64,000 bases of DNA from an uncultured Gemmatimonadaceae bacterium (lineage in GTDB: Bacteria; Gemmatimonadota; Gemmatimonadetes; Gemmatimonadales; Gemmatimonadaceae), in the NCBI GenBank assembly GCA_963843845.1, contig CAWJMB010000002.1, forward strand, positions 608,001 through 672,000. The letters run 5' to 3'. Under the pieces are notes generated by a model. The model saw only the letters and a program-made list of their open reading frames with translations. It ran no database searches and was not told the DNA's origin. This document shows positions 10,380-19,275 of the stretch, one piece after another. Position numbers and translations under genes: made by a program. Every line of letters starts with the position of its first letter. The first letter of the stretch is position 1.

Positions 10380-12482
10380 ATGCTCACCTCGCTCGCCCGC
10401 GCCGCGCTGTTGAGCGCCGCCGCCCTCGCCGCGCCGACGCCGAGCGCGACCTCGCGCTCCGGCGCCGCACTCCCCGCTGCACCGCCGCGCAACGCCTTCG
10501 CCGAAGGCTCGAGGCGAGCGATCGTCGACGCCGTCGTGTTCACCGGCACCGTCCGCGACAGTCGCGGTGCCGCGCTGAGCGGCGCGGTCGTCACGGCGAC
10601 GGTCGGCACCGTCGCGCGCGGGTCGACGACGAGCGACGGCGCCGGCCGCTATACGCTCCGCATCGAGCGTCTCGCGCGCGCCGACGCCCTCACCCTCTCG
10701 GCGCGCCGAATCGGCTTCGCGACGAGCAGTGCGCGGCCGCGCGTCGCCGGCGACACGGTGCGCGTGGACTTCACGCTCGCGACGTCGGCGCTGGCGCTCC
10801 AGCAGATGACCGCTCCCACCGGCACCGGCGCGTCGGCAGCGGACGCCGCGCGCACATCGGAATCACGCACGCGCCGCGATCGCGCCGAGTCCGAGGGACG
10901 GCCGCTGCCCGTCGCGGTTCCGGCGCCGTTCATCGTCGCGCCGCAGCGCGGGGTGGCGGCGAGCGCCCTCGTGCGTGGCGCCCCGCCGGCGGCCGAGCGG
11001 CACCCCGGCTTCCCGCGCGACGTCCGCGGCACGCGCCCGCCGGCCGACCGTGAGGGCTACGACCGCATCGAGGAGAACCCCTTCCTCGCCGTCGCGTCGA
11101 ACCCGCGCTCGACCTTCTCGGTCGACGTCGACGCCGCGTCGTACGGCAACGTGCGGCGCTTCATCGCGAACGGGCAGCGCCCGCCGGCCGACGCGGTGCG
11201 CATCGAGGAGCTGGTGAACTACTTCCCGTACGCGCTCCCGGCGCCGCGCGGCGACGACCCGCTCGCGATCACGACCGAGGTCGCGCCGGCGCCGTGGCAG
11301 CCGCAGCACCGCCTCGTGCGCGTGGCGCTCCAGTCCCGCGCCATCGAGACCTCCGCGCTGCCCCCGAGCAACCTCGTGTTCCTCGTCGACGTGTCGGGGT
11401 CGATGAACGAGCCGAACAAGCTGCCGCTCGTCCAGCGGTCGCTGCGGCTGCTCGTCGATCAGCTCCGGGAGCAGGATCGGGTCGCGATCGTCGTCTATGC
11501 CGGCGCGGCGGGGCTCGTGCTCCCGCCGACGCCGGGCGATCAGAAAGAGCGCATCGTCGCGGCCATCGATCGCCTGCAGGCGGGGGGCTCGACGGCAGGC
11601 GGCGACGGGCTGCAGCTCGCCTATCGCGTGGCCCGCGAGAGCCGCAGTGCGCGCGGCGTGACCCGCGTCATCCTCGCCACCGACGGCGACTTCAACGTCG
11701 GCGTGTCGAGCGACGGCGAGTTGGAGCGCCTCGTCGAGTCGAAGCGCGCCGAGGGGACGTACCTGACGGTGCTCGGCTTCGGCACGGGGAACTATCAGGA
11801 CGCGAAGATGGAGAAGCTGGCGAAGCGCGGGAACGGCAACTACGCGTACGTCGACGACCTCGACGAGGCGCGCAAGGTGCTCGTGCACGAGCTGGGCGCC
11901 ACGCTGCACACCGTCGCCGACGACGTGAAGCTCCAGATCGAGTTCAACCCCGCCGCCGTGCGCGGCTACCGCCTCATCGGCTACGAAGACCGGTTGCTGC
12001 GCGACGAGGACTTCATCGACGACGCCAAGGACGCCGGCGACATCGGCGCGGGGCACGCGGTCACGGCGCTCTACGAAGTCGTTCCGCGCGGCACCGAGAG
12101 CACGGTGACGCTGCGCGGGGTCGACCCGCTCCGCTACGGCACCGCGGCCGTTGCGTCGCCGACGCGCTCGGCGAACGAGCTGCTCTACGTGCAGGTACGC
12201 TACAAGCGCCCCGGCGACGCGACGAGCCGCCTCATGACACACCCGGTGTCGGCGAGCGTCAGGCGCCCTCCGTCGGACGACTTCCGCTTCGCTGCCGCGG
12301 TCGCCGAGTGGGGGATGCTGCTGCGCGGGTCCGCGCACGCCGGGCAGGCGAACGCGTCGCAGGTGCTGACGCTCGCCCGTGGGGCACTCGGCGACGACGC
12401 GGGGGGGTACCGGCGCGCGTTCGTGCAGCTCGTCGAGGCGTGGCGCGCACTCGAGACCTCGGTCGCGAGAGTGACGCGCTGA
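10380..12482 (+). CDS. Secreted vWA-domain protein (YfbK/DUF3520-like) with N-terminal carboxypeptidase-regulatory-like domain
   Basis: STFSVDVDAASY, VRIEELVNYF, MIDAS LVFLVDVSGSM, ILATDGDFNVG, YRLIGYEDR, DAGDIGAGH. Confidence 0.9.
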   Translation: MLTSLARAALLSAAALAAPTPSATSRSGAALPAAPPRNAFAEGSRRAIVDAVVFTGTVRDSRGAALSGAVVTATVGTVARGSTTSDGAGRYTLRIERLARADALTLSARRIGFATSSARPRVAGDTVRVDFTLATSALALQQMTAPTGTGASAADAARTSESRTRRDRAESEGRPLPVAVPAPFIVAPQRGVAASALVRGAPPAAERHPGFPRDVRGTRPPADREGYDRIEENPFLAVASNPRSTFSVDVDAASYGNVRRFIANGQRPPADAVRIEELVNYFPYALPAPRGDDPLAITTEVAPAPWQPQHRLVRVALQSRAIETSALPPSNLVFLVDVSGSMNEPNKLPLVQRSLRLLVDQLREQDRVAIVVYAGAAGLVLPPTPGDQKERIVAAIDRLQAGGSTAGGDGLQLAYRVARESRSARGVTRVILATDGDFNVGVSSDGELERLVESKRAEGTYLTVLGFGTGNYQDAKMEKLAKRGNGNYAYVDDLDEARKVLVHELGATLHTVADDVKLQIEFNPAAVRGYRLIGYEDRLLRDEDFIDDAKDAGDIGAGHAVTALYEVVPRGTESTVTLRGVDPLRYGTAAVASPTRSANELLYVQVRYKRPGDATSRLMTHPVSASVRRPPSDDFRFAAAVAEWGMLLRGSAHAGQANASQVLTLARGALGDDAGGYRRAFVQLVEAWRALETSVARVTR

Positions 12483-12517
12483 GCGTGCGACGGTAGGGGA
12501 TCGGACGCGCCGTCGAC

Positions 12518-12551
12518 GCGCGCCGCGCAAATTTTTCCTTGCGCGGCGCGC
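12518..12551. terminator. 13-bp inverted repeat after the vWA gene
   Basis: gcgcgccgcgcaa-atttttcc-ttgcgcggcgcgc. Confidence 0.5.
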
Positions 12552-12645
12552 CGGACGACCTCACACTGTGCGCGTCGAGAACCGCAGATTCGGCGTCACG
12601 GACGAATTCGCACCCTCGAGACACCTCACCATTCTGGAGGAGCTC

Positions 12646-13470
12646 ATGAAGCGGAAGTCCATCGCCGCGTTGCTGTTGACCGCGGCCGCGGTCGCCCCGG
12701 CGATCGCCGGCGCGCAGCTACCCGTTCCGTGCCGGACCGACGTCGCGTCCGCAGGCGAGATTCGCACGAACGCGGTCGTCCCGATCGAGGCGCTCGTCGA
12801 GGCGCCGCGCGTGATCGTCTGCGTGAACGGCATCGGCTACACGATGAGCGAGTTCGTCATCAACGCCGACGGAACGTTCTCGATGCCGTTCACGACGCGG
12901 GATCTGGGCAACGGCTCGTCGTTCTCGCTGCAGTCGAGCGGAGACCGAGACCCGTTCGTCAACTTCCTGTTCGGCAGCACGGTGTCGTCTGCGACGGGCT
13001 CGATCACGTTCGACGCCTTCTTCTCGACCGGCTTCGTCGGCGGACCGTACAACACGGTCTCGACGACGGGCGGCGTGACGGTGTCGCCGGCCGGCATTCC
13101 CGGCACGGTGGGCACGGTCTCGACGGGATCGTATCCGGCGTACATCTCGGGCTACGTCAACGCGGTCAACGCCGGCGTCGACATCGGGACGGCGACCTGC
13201 ACGGCCACGGCGCCGGGCAGCACGACGTGCACGCAGCCGATGGCGATGGGAACGATCGCTCCGGTCACGGGCCCGGGGACGATGATGGCACGGCTCAGCT
13301 ATCAGCACTCGACGACCGGTCCAGCCGGCACCAGCACGTCGAGCACGGTCGGCTGGACGGGCGCGTTCAATCTCACTGCGACCTCGGTGCCGGAGCCGGC
13401 GACGGTCGGCCTCATGGCGACGGGGCTCGTGATGATCGCGGGCGTCGGGCTGCGCCGCCGCAGCGCCTGA
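12646..13470 (+). CDS. PEP-CTERM sorting-domain surface protein
   Basis: GGAGG RBS, signal peptide MKRKSIAALLL, C-terminal VPEPATVGLMATGLVMIAGVGLRRRSA. Confidence 0.9.
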   Translation: MKRKSIAALLLTAAAVAPAIAGAQLPVPCRTDVASAGEIRTNAVVPIEALVEAPRVIVCVNGIGYTMSEFVINADGTFSMPFTTRDLGNGSSFSLQSSGDRDPFVNFLFGSTVSSATGSITFDAFFSTGFVGGPYNTVSTTGGVTVSPAGIPGTVGTVSTGSYPAYISGYVNAVNAGVDIGTATCTATAPGSTTCTQPMAMGTIAPVTGPGTMMARLSYQHSTTGPAGTSTSSTVGWTGAFNLTATSVPEPATVGLMATGLVMIAGVGLRRRSA

Positions 13471-13483
13471 TCGGTTCACGGTA

Positions 13484-13571
13484 GCCGACGCCGTCGCTGC
13501 CCTCCGTTCGACGGCGTCGGCAGGCCATCGGACGGAAGCGCCCCGGTCGCGACATGCGACCGGGGCGCTTC
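13484..13571. terminator. Two tandem hairpins between convergent genes
   Basis: gccgacgccgtcg...cgacggcgtcggc (13484-13521) and gaagcgccccggtcgc-gacat-gcgaccggggcgcttc (13535-13571). Confidence 0.6.
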
Positions 13572-13599
13572 TGCATCGCGTGCGGTGTGCCGCGCCGAC

Positions 13600-15822
13600 T
13601 CAGACCGGGAACAGCATCTCCCGATACTTCGGCAGCGGCCACTGATCGTCCGGCAGCGACAGCTCGAGCGTGTCTGCCGCCTCGCGCACGGCGGCCATCG
13701 CGTCCGCCCCGTCGCTCGTCAGCAGCCGCGCGCACCCTGCCGGCTCGTCGTGCGACGACTCGGCCTGTGCGATCACGCCCTCGAGCGTCGCCGACGCCTC
13801 CTCGAGCGCCGTGACCTTCGCGCCGAGGCGCTCGGCCGCGGCGGCCTGCGGCACGCTCGCGATGCCGGCCGCGCGCGCGTGGGCGGCGCCGCGCGCGAGG
13901 TCGTTCAGGTAGCCGTACGCCGCCGGCAGCACGACCGTGTTCGTGAGCTGCGACAGCGTGTGCATCTCGATCAGCATGTCCTTCACGTACCGCTCGACGC
14001 GAACGTGGTAGCGGCTCTCGAGCTCCGCCTCCGAGAGCACACCGGTGCTCGCGAACACGGCGCGCGACGAGTCGGCGACGAGCTCCTCGAGCGCCTCCGG
14101 CGTGCGGCGCAGGTTCTTGAGGCCGCGCCCCTCCGCTTCGATCACCCACGCGTCCGAGTAGCCGTTCCCTTCGAAGCGCACCGGCGACGACCACTTGAAC
14201 GACTCGCGGACGACTTCGAGCACGGCGTCGTCGATGTCCTTGGTCGTCTTGAGCTGTGCCTGGAGCGTCGTCGTCAGCTCCTCGATCGCCTCGGCGACGG
14301 CGACGTTCAGGAGCATCACGGGAAACGCGATCGCCTGCGACGAGCCGACGGCGCGGAACTCGAACTTGTTCCCCGTGAACGCGAACGGCGACGTGCGGTT
14401 CCGGTCGGTGTTGTCCTTCTCGATGTCGGGCAGCTTCGCCACGCCGAGGTCGATGAGCTGCTGCGTCGCCGCCTTGTCGCGCGAGCGGCCACCGATGATG
14501 TCCTCGATCATCTGCGTCAGGGTGGCACCCATGAACACCGAGATGATCGCCGGCGGCGCCTCGTTCGCGCCGAGCCGGTGCTCGTTGCCGGCGGTCGCGA
14601 TGCCGGCGCGGAGGAGCCCGGCGTGTTTGTGCACCGCCTGCAACACCGCCGCGAGGAAGATCAGGAAGCGAAGGTTCTGGTGCGGCGTCTTGCCGGGCTT
14701 GAGCAGGTTCAGTCCGTCGAGCTCCGCGCTGTCCGCCGCGAGCGACATCGACCAGTTGCAGTGCTTGCCCGAGCCGTTGATGCCGGCGAACGGCTTCTCG
14801 TGCAGCAGCGCCTGCAGGCCGTGACGCAGCGCGACTTTGCGCAGCGTCGCCATGACGAGCTGGTTGTGGTCGACCGCGAGGTCGGTCTCCTCGAAGCGCG
14901 GCGCCATCTCGAACTGGCTCGGCGCGACTTCGTTGTGCCGCGTGATGATCGGCACGCCGAGCTTGTAGAGCTCGCGCTCGACTTCGGCGATGCACGCCGT
15001 GATGCGCTCGGGGATGTCGCCGAAATAGTGATCCTCGAGCTGCTGCCCGCGCGGCGGCGGCGCGCCCAGCAGCGTGCGGCCGGCCATGACGAGGTCGGGG
15101 CGCAGCGCGAACTGCGCGCGGTCGATCAGGAAGTACTCCTGCTCGGGCCCGAGCGTCGTGCCCACGCGCTGGATCCCCGTATCGCCGAGCAGCGAGAGCA
15201 GCGCCATCGCCTTCTGCGAGAGGACGTCCGAGCTGCGGAGCAGCGGTGTCATCTCGTCGAGTGCCTCGCCGTTGTAGCCGATGAACACCGACGGAATGCA
15301 CAGCGTACGCGTGCCCGGGCCTTCGACGATGAACACCGGGCTCGCCGGGTTCCACGCCGTGTAGCCGCGCGCCTCCCAAGTCGCGCGGAGGCCGCCCGAC
15401 GGAAAGCTCGACGCGTCCGGCTCGCTCTGGATCAGCTGCGCGGCGCTGAACGCCTCGATCGGCTGCTCCTCGTCGTCGAACGACAGAAAGGCATCGTGCT
15501 TCTCGGCGGTGAGGCCGGTCTGCGGAAGGAACCAGTGTGTGTAATGCGTCACTCCGCGCGACGTCGCCCACTCCTTGATCGCCTCGGCGACGGCGGGCGC
15601 GATCTCGGAATCGAGCTTCTTGCCGAGGCGGATGGTCGCCTGGAGCTTCTGAAAGACCTTCTTCGGCAGCTTGTCGCGCATCTGGCGCGGGCCGAACGTG
15701 TTCTCACCGAAGTACTTCGACGTCGCTCCCTGGCCGTCGCCGTTGTGGCGTGCCAGAGCAGCGGTGCGGCTCGTGATGTCGCGAATGGCGGCCTTGCGGG
15801 GGGCGGCTGGCGCGGTGGCCAT
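13600..15822 (-). CDS. glnN: Glutamine synthetase type III
   Basis: THYTHWF.P.TG.TAEKHDAF, EPDASSFPSGGLRATWEARGYTAW, HEKPFAGINGSGKHCNWS, HRLGANEAPPAI, DRNRTSPFAFTGNKFEFRAVGS, WPLPKYREMLF. Confidence 0.95.
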   Translation of the reverse strand: MATAPAAPRKAAIRDITSRTAALARHNGDGQGATSKYFGENTFGPRQMRDKLPKKVFQKLQATIRLGKKLDSEIAPAVAEAIKEWATSRGVTHYTHWFLPQTGLTAEKHDAFLSFDDEEQPIEAFSAAQLIQSEPDASSFPSGGLRATWEARGYTAWNPASPVFIVEGPGTRTLCIPSVFIGYNGEALDEMTPLLRSSDVLSQKAMALLSLLGDTGIQRVGTTLGPEQEYFLIDRAQFALRPDLVMAGRTLLGAPPPRGQQLEDHYFGDIPERITACIAEVERELYKLGVPIITRHNEVAPSQFEMAPRFEETDLAVDHNQLVMATLRKVALRHGLQALLHEKPFAGINGSGKHCNWSMSLAADSAELDGLNLLKPGKTPHQNLRFLIFLAAVLQAVHKHAGLLRAGIATAGNEHRLGANEAPPAIISVFMGATLTQMIEDIIGGRSRDKAATQQLIDLGVAKLPDIEKDNTDRNRTSPFAFTGNKFEFRAVGSSQAIAFPVMLLNVAVAEAIEELTTTLQAQLKTTKDIDDAVLEVVRESFKWSSPVRFEGNGYSDAWVIEAEGRGLKNLRRTPEALEELVADSSRAVFASTGVLSEAELESRYHVRVERYVKDMLIEMHTLSQLTNTVVLPAAYGYLNDLARGAAHARAAGIASVPQAAAAERLGAKVTALEEASATLEGVIAQAESSHDEPAGCARLLTSDGADAMAAVREAADTLELSLPDDQWPLPKYREMLFPV

Positions 15823-15910
15823 GAAAACGGGGCTCCGGAGCGATGGGGGTGAGCGGCGTACGTCACATGAGACGGTCGATGTGCGGACGCCGTCACTGAG
15901 AACGCGTGTA

Positions 15911-15990
15911 CTGCACATCGTGCAGAATATACAACGAACGGCCGGTTTTTTCCCACCCGGACCGTCGAATGTTACGAAACGTCGTTTCGT
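15911..15990. promoter_or_regulatory. AT-richer glnN upstream region with two palindromes
   Basis: ctgcac-atc-gtgcag (15911-15925) and acgaaacg-t-cgtttcgt (15974-15990). Confidence 0.45.
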
Positions 15991-16020
15991 TTGCGCACCG
16001 ATCGCGCGACTTGGCGGACG

Positions 16021-16602
16021 CTACGGCGACCTGGTCGCTGGGAGGGGCTGCGCCGTCGGACGGACCGCGTCGACGTCCGGGTTCGGCTGCGGGGCGCCCC
16101 CCTCGATCGCGAGCGAGAGGCGCTCGATCGCGTGCTCGTTCAGCGTGAGCAGAATCGCGAGCAGGTTCCCGGAGCGCACGAACGTCGGCCGCACAGGCCA
16201 GTCGCGCGTCGTTCCGCGGGGCGCGCCGACGGTCGTGTCGATCGCCGCGAGATCGCGCGCCAGGCGCGTCGTGTCGTCGTAGAAGAACGCCTCGACGTCC
16301 GCGCGCCCCGCCGTGTAGCGAAGCCCCGGCACGCCGAGGAAGTCATAGTGCGCGGAGTCCGGCTTCAGAGTCACCACGAGGCCCGATCGCTCGATCCGGT
16401 CGACGAACGAGCAGGGGCGCCAGCGGCCATCGTGAAGGCAGCCGTTCGGACCCATCGTCGCGCGCGGCGCCATGTTCACCGTCGGCGTCACCGGCGCGAC
16501 CACCGGGGCGGCTGGCCGGGCGGGCGCCGCAGGCTTCTGCTCGCCTCCACCGCACGCGACGAGCGCGAGCGTGGCCAGCGACCCGGCGCGCCGAACGCTC
16601 AT
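16021..16602 (-). CDS. Hypothetical lipoprotein
   Basis: Lipobox LALVAC, Pro-rich linker, globular C-terminus. Confidence 0.7.
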   Translation of the reverse strand: MSVRRAGSLATLALVACGGGEQKPAAPARPAAPVVAPVTPTVNMAPRATMGPNGCLHDGRWRPCSFVDRIERSGLVVTLKPDSAHYDFLGVPGLRYTAGRADVEAFFYDDTTRLARDLAAIDTTVGAPRGTTRDWPVRPTFVRSGNLLAILLTLNEHAIERLSLAIEGGAPQPNPDVDAVRPTAQPLPATRSP

Positions 16603-16826
16603 GCGCCGACGTCGAGCGCGGGGCCGTTCGGGCCGCGACGGTGATGCCCCGGCTCGTCCGTGTACTCGTCGGGCGACCGGGCGAAGGGCGGGTGCGGTGG
16701 AGTGTCGGGACTGTCGGAAGTCGGGACTCGGGGTTCGGACGCCGCCTCGGTCCCGGGTTCCGGGTCCCGAGGCCCGGCCGTTCCGCGAGCCCCGGCAGTG
16801 TCAGCCTGCGATTCAGAACGTGACAT
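16599..16826 (-). CDS. Possible 75-aa disordered protein
   Basis: AAGGAGG 5 nt before ATG; stop overlaps the next start (ATGA). Confidence 0.4.
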   Translation of the reverse strand: MSRSESQADTAGARGTAGPRDPEPGTEAASEPRVPTSDSPDTPPHPPFARSPDEYTDEPGHHRRGPNGPALDVGA

Positions 16827-17451
16827 GGAGTCCTCCTTCCGCGACGAAGTTGAAGGTCGTCGACGCGCCGACGATGATGGGCGTCCGCAGGTCGCCCCGC
16901 AGTCCGACGCCCGCCACGAGTGGAATGCGCGTGCCGACAGCAGGCGTGAACGCGAAATCGGTGCGCGAGATGCGGCCGCGGCTTCCCGGCGTCGTGAGCG
17001 AACTCTCGCGCGACGTGCGGAACAGCCCGAGCGCGAGCGCGAAGAACGGATCGAGGCGCCCGCCGAGCGGGCGGGCGAGGAGCGAGACGTCGCTCTCGAG
17101 CCCGGCGTGCAGCGTCGTGACGTTCGGCGACCCCTGCTTCGGCGTGTAGGTCGCGAACGCGCCGCCGACGGTGCGGTCGGCGAGCGTGCGGCTGCCGCGA
17201 CGCTCGTCACGCGCCCCGACGACGCGCACGCCGAATCCGCCGAGTCGCACGCTGCCCGCGCCGATCTGGTTGTCGATCCAGCTCCGCGCGGCGTATCCCT
17301 CGACGACGTACCGCGCGGACCGCTCTCCGGGCTGCATCTCGGCCTGCGCGGAGGCGCGGCCGGACGGGAGCACGAGGACGGCGGTCGCGGCGCTCGCGGC
17401 GGTCAGAATGGCCGCGACATCGCTCGGTCGGGAGGGGCGCGGAGTGCTCAT
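16813..17451 (-). CDS. Outer-membrane beta-barrel-like protein
   Basis: Signal peptide ending ASAQ, amphipathic strands, terminal GGLHVTF. Confidence 0.65.
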   Translation of the reverse strand: MSTPRPSRPSDVAAILTAASAATAVLVLPSGRASAQAEMQPGERSARYVVEGYAARSWIDNQIGAGSVRLGGFGVRVVGARDERRGSRTLADRTVGGAFATYTPKQGSPNVTTLHAGLESDVSLLARPLGGRLDPFFALALGLFRTSRESSLTTPGSRGRISRTDFAFTPAVGTRIPLVAGVGLRGDLRTPIIVGASTTFNFVAEGGLHVTF

Positions 17452-17600
17452 GACGGCGCGGTGAAACGATGGATCGGGGGGCGGTCCGACGGGTGACCCG
17501 CCGAGAACTCCGGACCACGCGAAGTGTACCACGAAGGCGTCCGCACGTGGTGCGCGAAGCGCGCGGATCGACATCGGAACGACTGGACTGGACTCGGAGG

Positions 17601-17933
17601 ATGGACGTGGCAGCAGACAGTTCGACGCTCCCGCGCTCGGCGGGGGCGCTCGTCGACTTCGACGCGCTCGGCGGCGTCGACCTCGACCGCCTGGAGCGGA
17701 GCCTCGCGCTCGAGGCACACCGCGTGGGACGCGGCCGGTTTCGCGTGACCGGCGGAGAGTCGGTGCACTGGGTGGACCTGTACACGACCGCGTACCCGCG
17801 CTGCGACTGCGGCGATCACGTGTGGCGCGAGCAGCTGTGCAAGCACATTCTCGCGGCGTTGCTGCGGGAGGGGGACGAGCGAGTCGTGCGAGCGCTCGGG
17901 CAGTTGGCAGTGCGGTGGAGACGGGCGGCCTGA
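17601..17933 (+). CDS. SWIM zinc-finger protein
   Basis: GGAGG upstream; CDCGD...CKHILA (CxC..CxH). Confidence 0.8.
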   Translation: MDVAADSSTLPRSAGALVDFDALGGVDLDRLERSLALEAHRVGRGRFRVTGGESVHWVDLYTTAYPRCDCGDHVWREQLCKHILAALLREGDERVVRALGQLAVRWRRAA

Positions 17934-17966
17934 ACGTGACACGGTGGACGGCCGGACCGACTGCCG

Positions 17967-19136
17967 TCAGCCACGCAACCGCGCGACGAGCGCATCGAGA
18001 TCGTCCGCGGTCGGCACCCTGCCTTGCGCCAGCCGCGCCGACCCGCCGCCCTTCCCGCCGAGCGCGGCGAGTGCCCCCTTGAGCCGCGCCCCCGCGTCGA
18101 CCCCGCTGTCCGCGGCCGCCGCGACGAGCACTGCGGCCGGCTGGGTGCCGACCGCGACGAACACCCCGCCCGGCTGCTCCGCGACCGCGACCGCCAGCGT
18201 GCGCATCGCGTCCACCGGGCCGTCGACGTGGCGCACGACCCATCGCGCGCCGCCCGCGTCCGGCTCGACCGCCGCACACAGCGCCGCGGCCTGCAGCGCC
18301 GCCAGGTCGCGTGCCAGCCGCTCGCCCTGGGCGTGCAGCGCGCGCACCTCTTCCGCCTGTGCGCGCACGAGCGGCGCGACTCCGTCGACCGCCGCCGAGA
18401 ACTCGGCGGCGACGTCGGCGAGCGCGTCGTAATCGGCCCGCGCCCGCCGCGCCGCGCGCACGCCGCACACGAACTCCACACGCGCGTGGTGCCGGACCCG
18501 CTCGACGCGCCGCAGCAGGACGGCGCCGATCCGCGCCGTCGACGCGACGTGCGTCCCGCCGCAGGCGCTCCGGTCCACACCCTCGATCGTGACGATGCGC
18601 AGTTCGCCCCCGCGCTCGCTCGGCTTGCGCAGCCCGGTCGCCGTCGCGGCGTCCTCGAACGACACGCGGACCGGCACGTCCTCCGCGACGAGCGCGTTCG
18701 CCCGCGCTTCGATGGCGAGCAGCTCGTCGCGGTCGAGTGCCGGCACGGCGAGCTCGATCGTCGACAGCTCCGCCCCGAAGTGCACGCTCGCGGTCTCGGC
18801 ACCGAGGAGATCGGAGAAGAGCGCCGAGAGCAGGTGCTGGCCGGTGTGCTGCTGCATGTGATCCAGGCGCCGCGCGCCGTCGACCGTGCAGACGATCGCC
18901 GCGCCTGACGGTACCGCGAGCGGCGCGGCGATCACGTGCGCCACCCGCTCCCCGTCGTCGATCACGTCGACGACCGGGACGCCGCCCAGCAGTCCGCGGT
19001 CGTGCGGCTGTCCGCCGGAGGTCGGGTAGAACGCCGTCCGGTCGAGGTACACGCGGCGGCCGTCGTCGCTCACGGCGGCGACGTGCGCGTCGAACGTGAG
19101 GAGGGCGGAGTCCGTGTAGTAGAGGCGCGTCGTCAT
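17967..19136 (-). CDS. Alanyl-tRNA editing protein (AlaX, with DHHA1/C-Ala domain)
   Basis: DRTAFYPTSGGQPHD, HMQQHTGQHLLS, CGGTHV, GGKGGGS. Confidence 0.9.
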   Translation of the reverse strand: MTTRLYYTDSALLTFDAHVAAVSDDGRRVYLDRTAFYPTSGGQPHDRGLLGGVPVVDVIDDGERVAHVIAAPLAVPSGAAIVCTVDGARRLDHMQQHTGQHLLSALFSDLLGAETASVHFGAELSTIELAVPALDRDELLAIEARANALVAEDVPVRVSFEDAATATGLRKPSERGGELRIVTIEGVDRSACGGTHVASTARIGAVLLRRVERVRHHARVEFVCGVRAARRARADYDALADVAAEFSAAVDGVAPLVRAQAEEVRALHAQGERLARDLAALQAAALCAAVEPDAGGARWVVRHVDGPVDAMRTLAVAVAEQPGGVFVAVGTQPAAVLVAAAADSGVDAGARLKGALAALGGKGGGSARLAQGRVPTADDLDALVARLRG

Positions 19137-19275
19137 GCGCGAACGGAATCGGTTCGTGGTGGGGGATGCGATGCGAGCTGCCGGAGTGCCGGCGACGGTC
19201 GGCGGACGGCCGACAGCCCGCAGTCCGCGTCCCGCCCCTGCCGGTGCGTTCCGCCGCCAGTCGGCAGGTCAGTCG

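Noticed and set aside
12560..12645. Sigma-54 promoter upstream of PEP-CTERM genes or glnN
   Set aside because: No correctly spaced GG-N10-GC element with consensus flanks found by eye.
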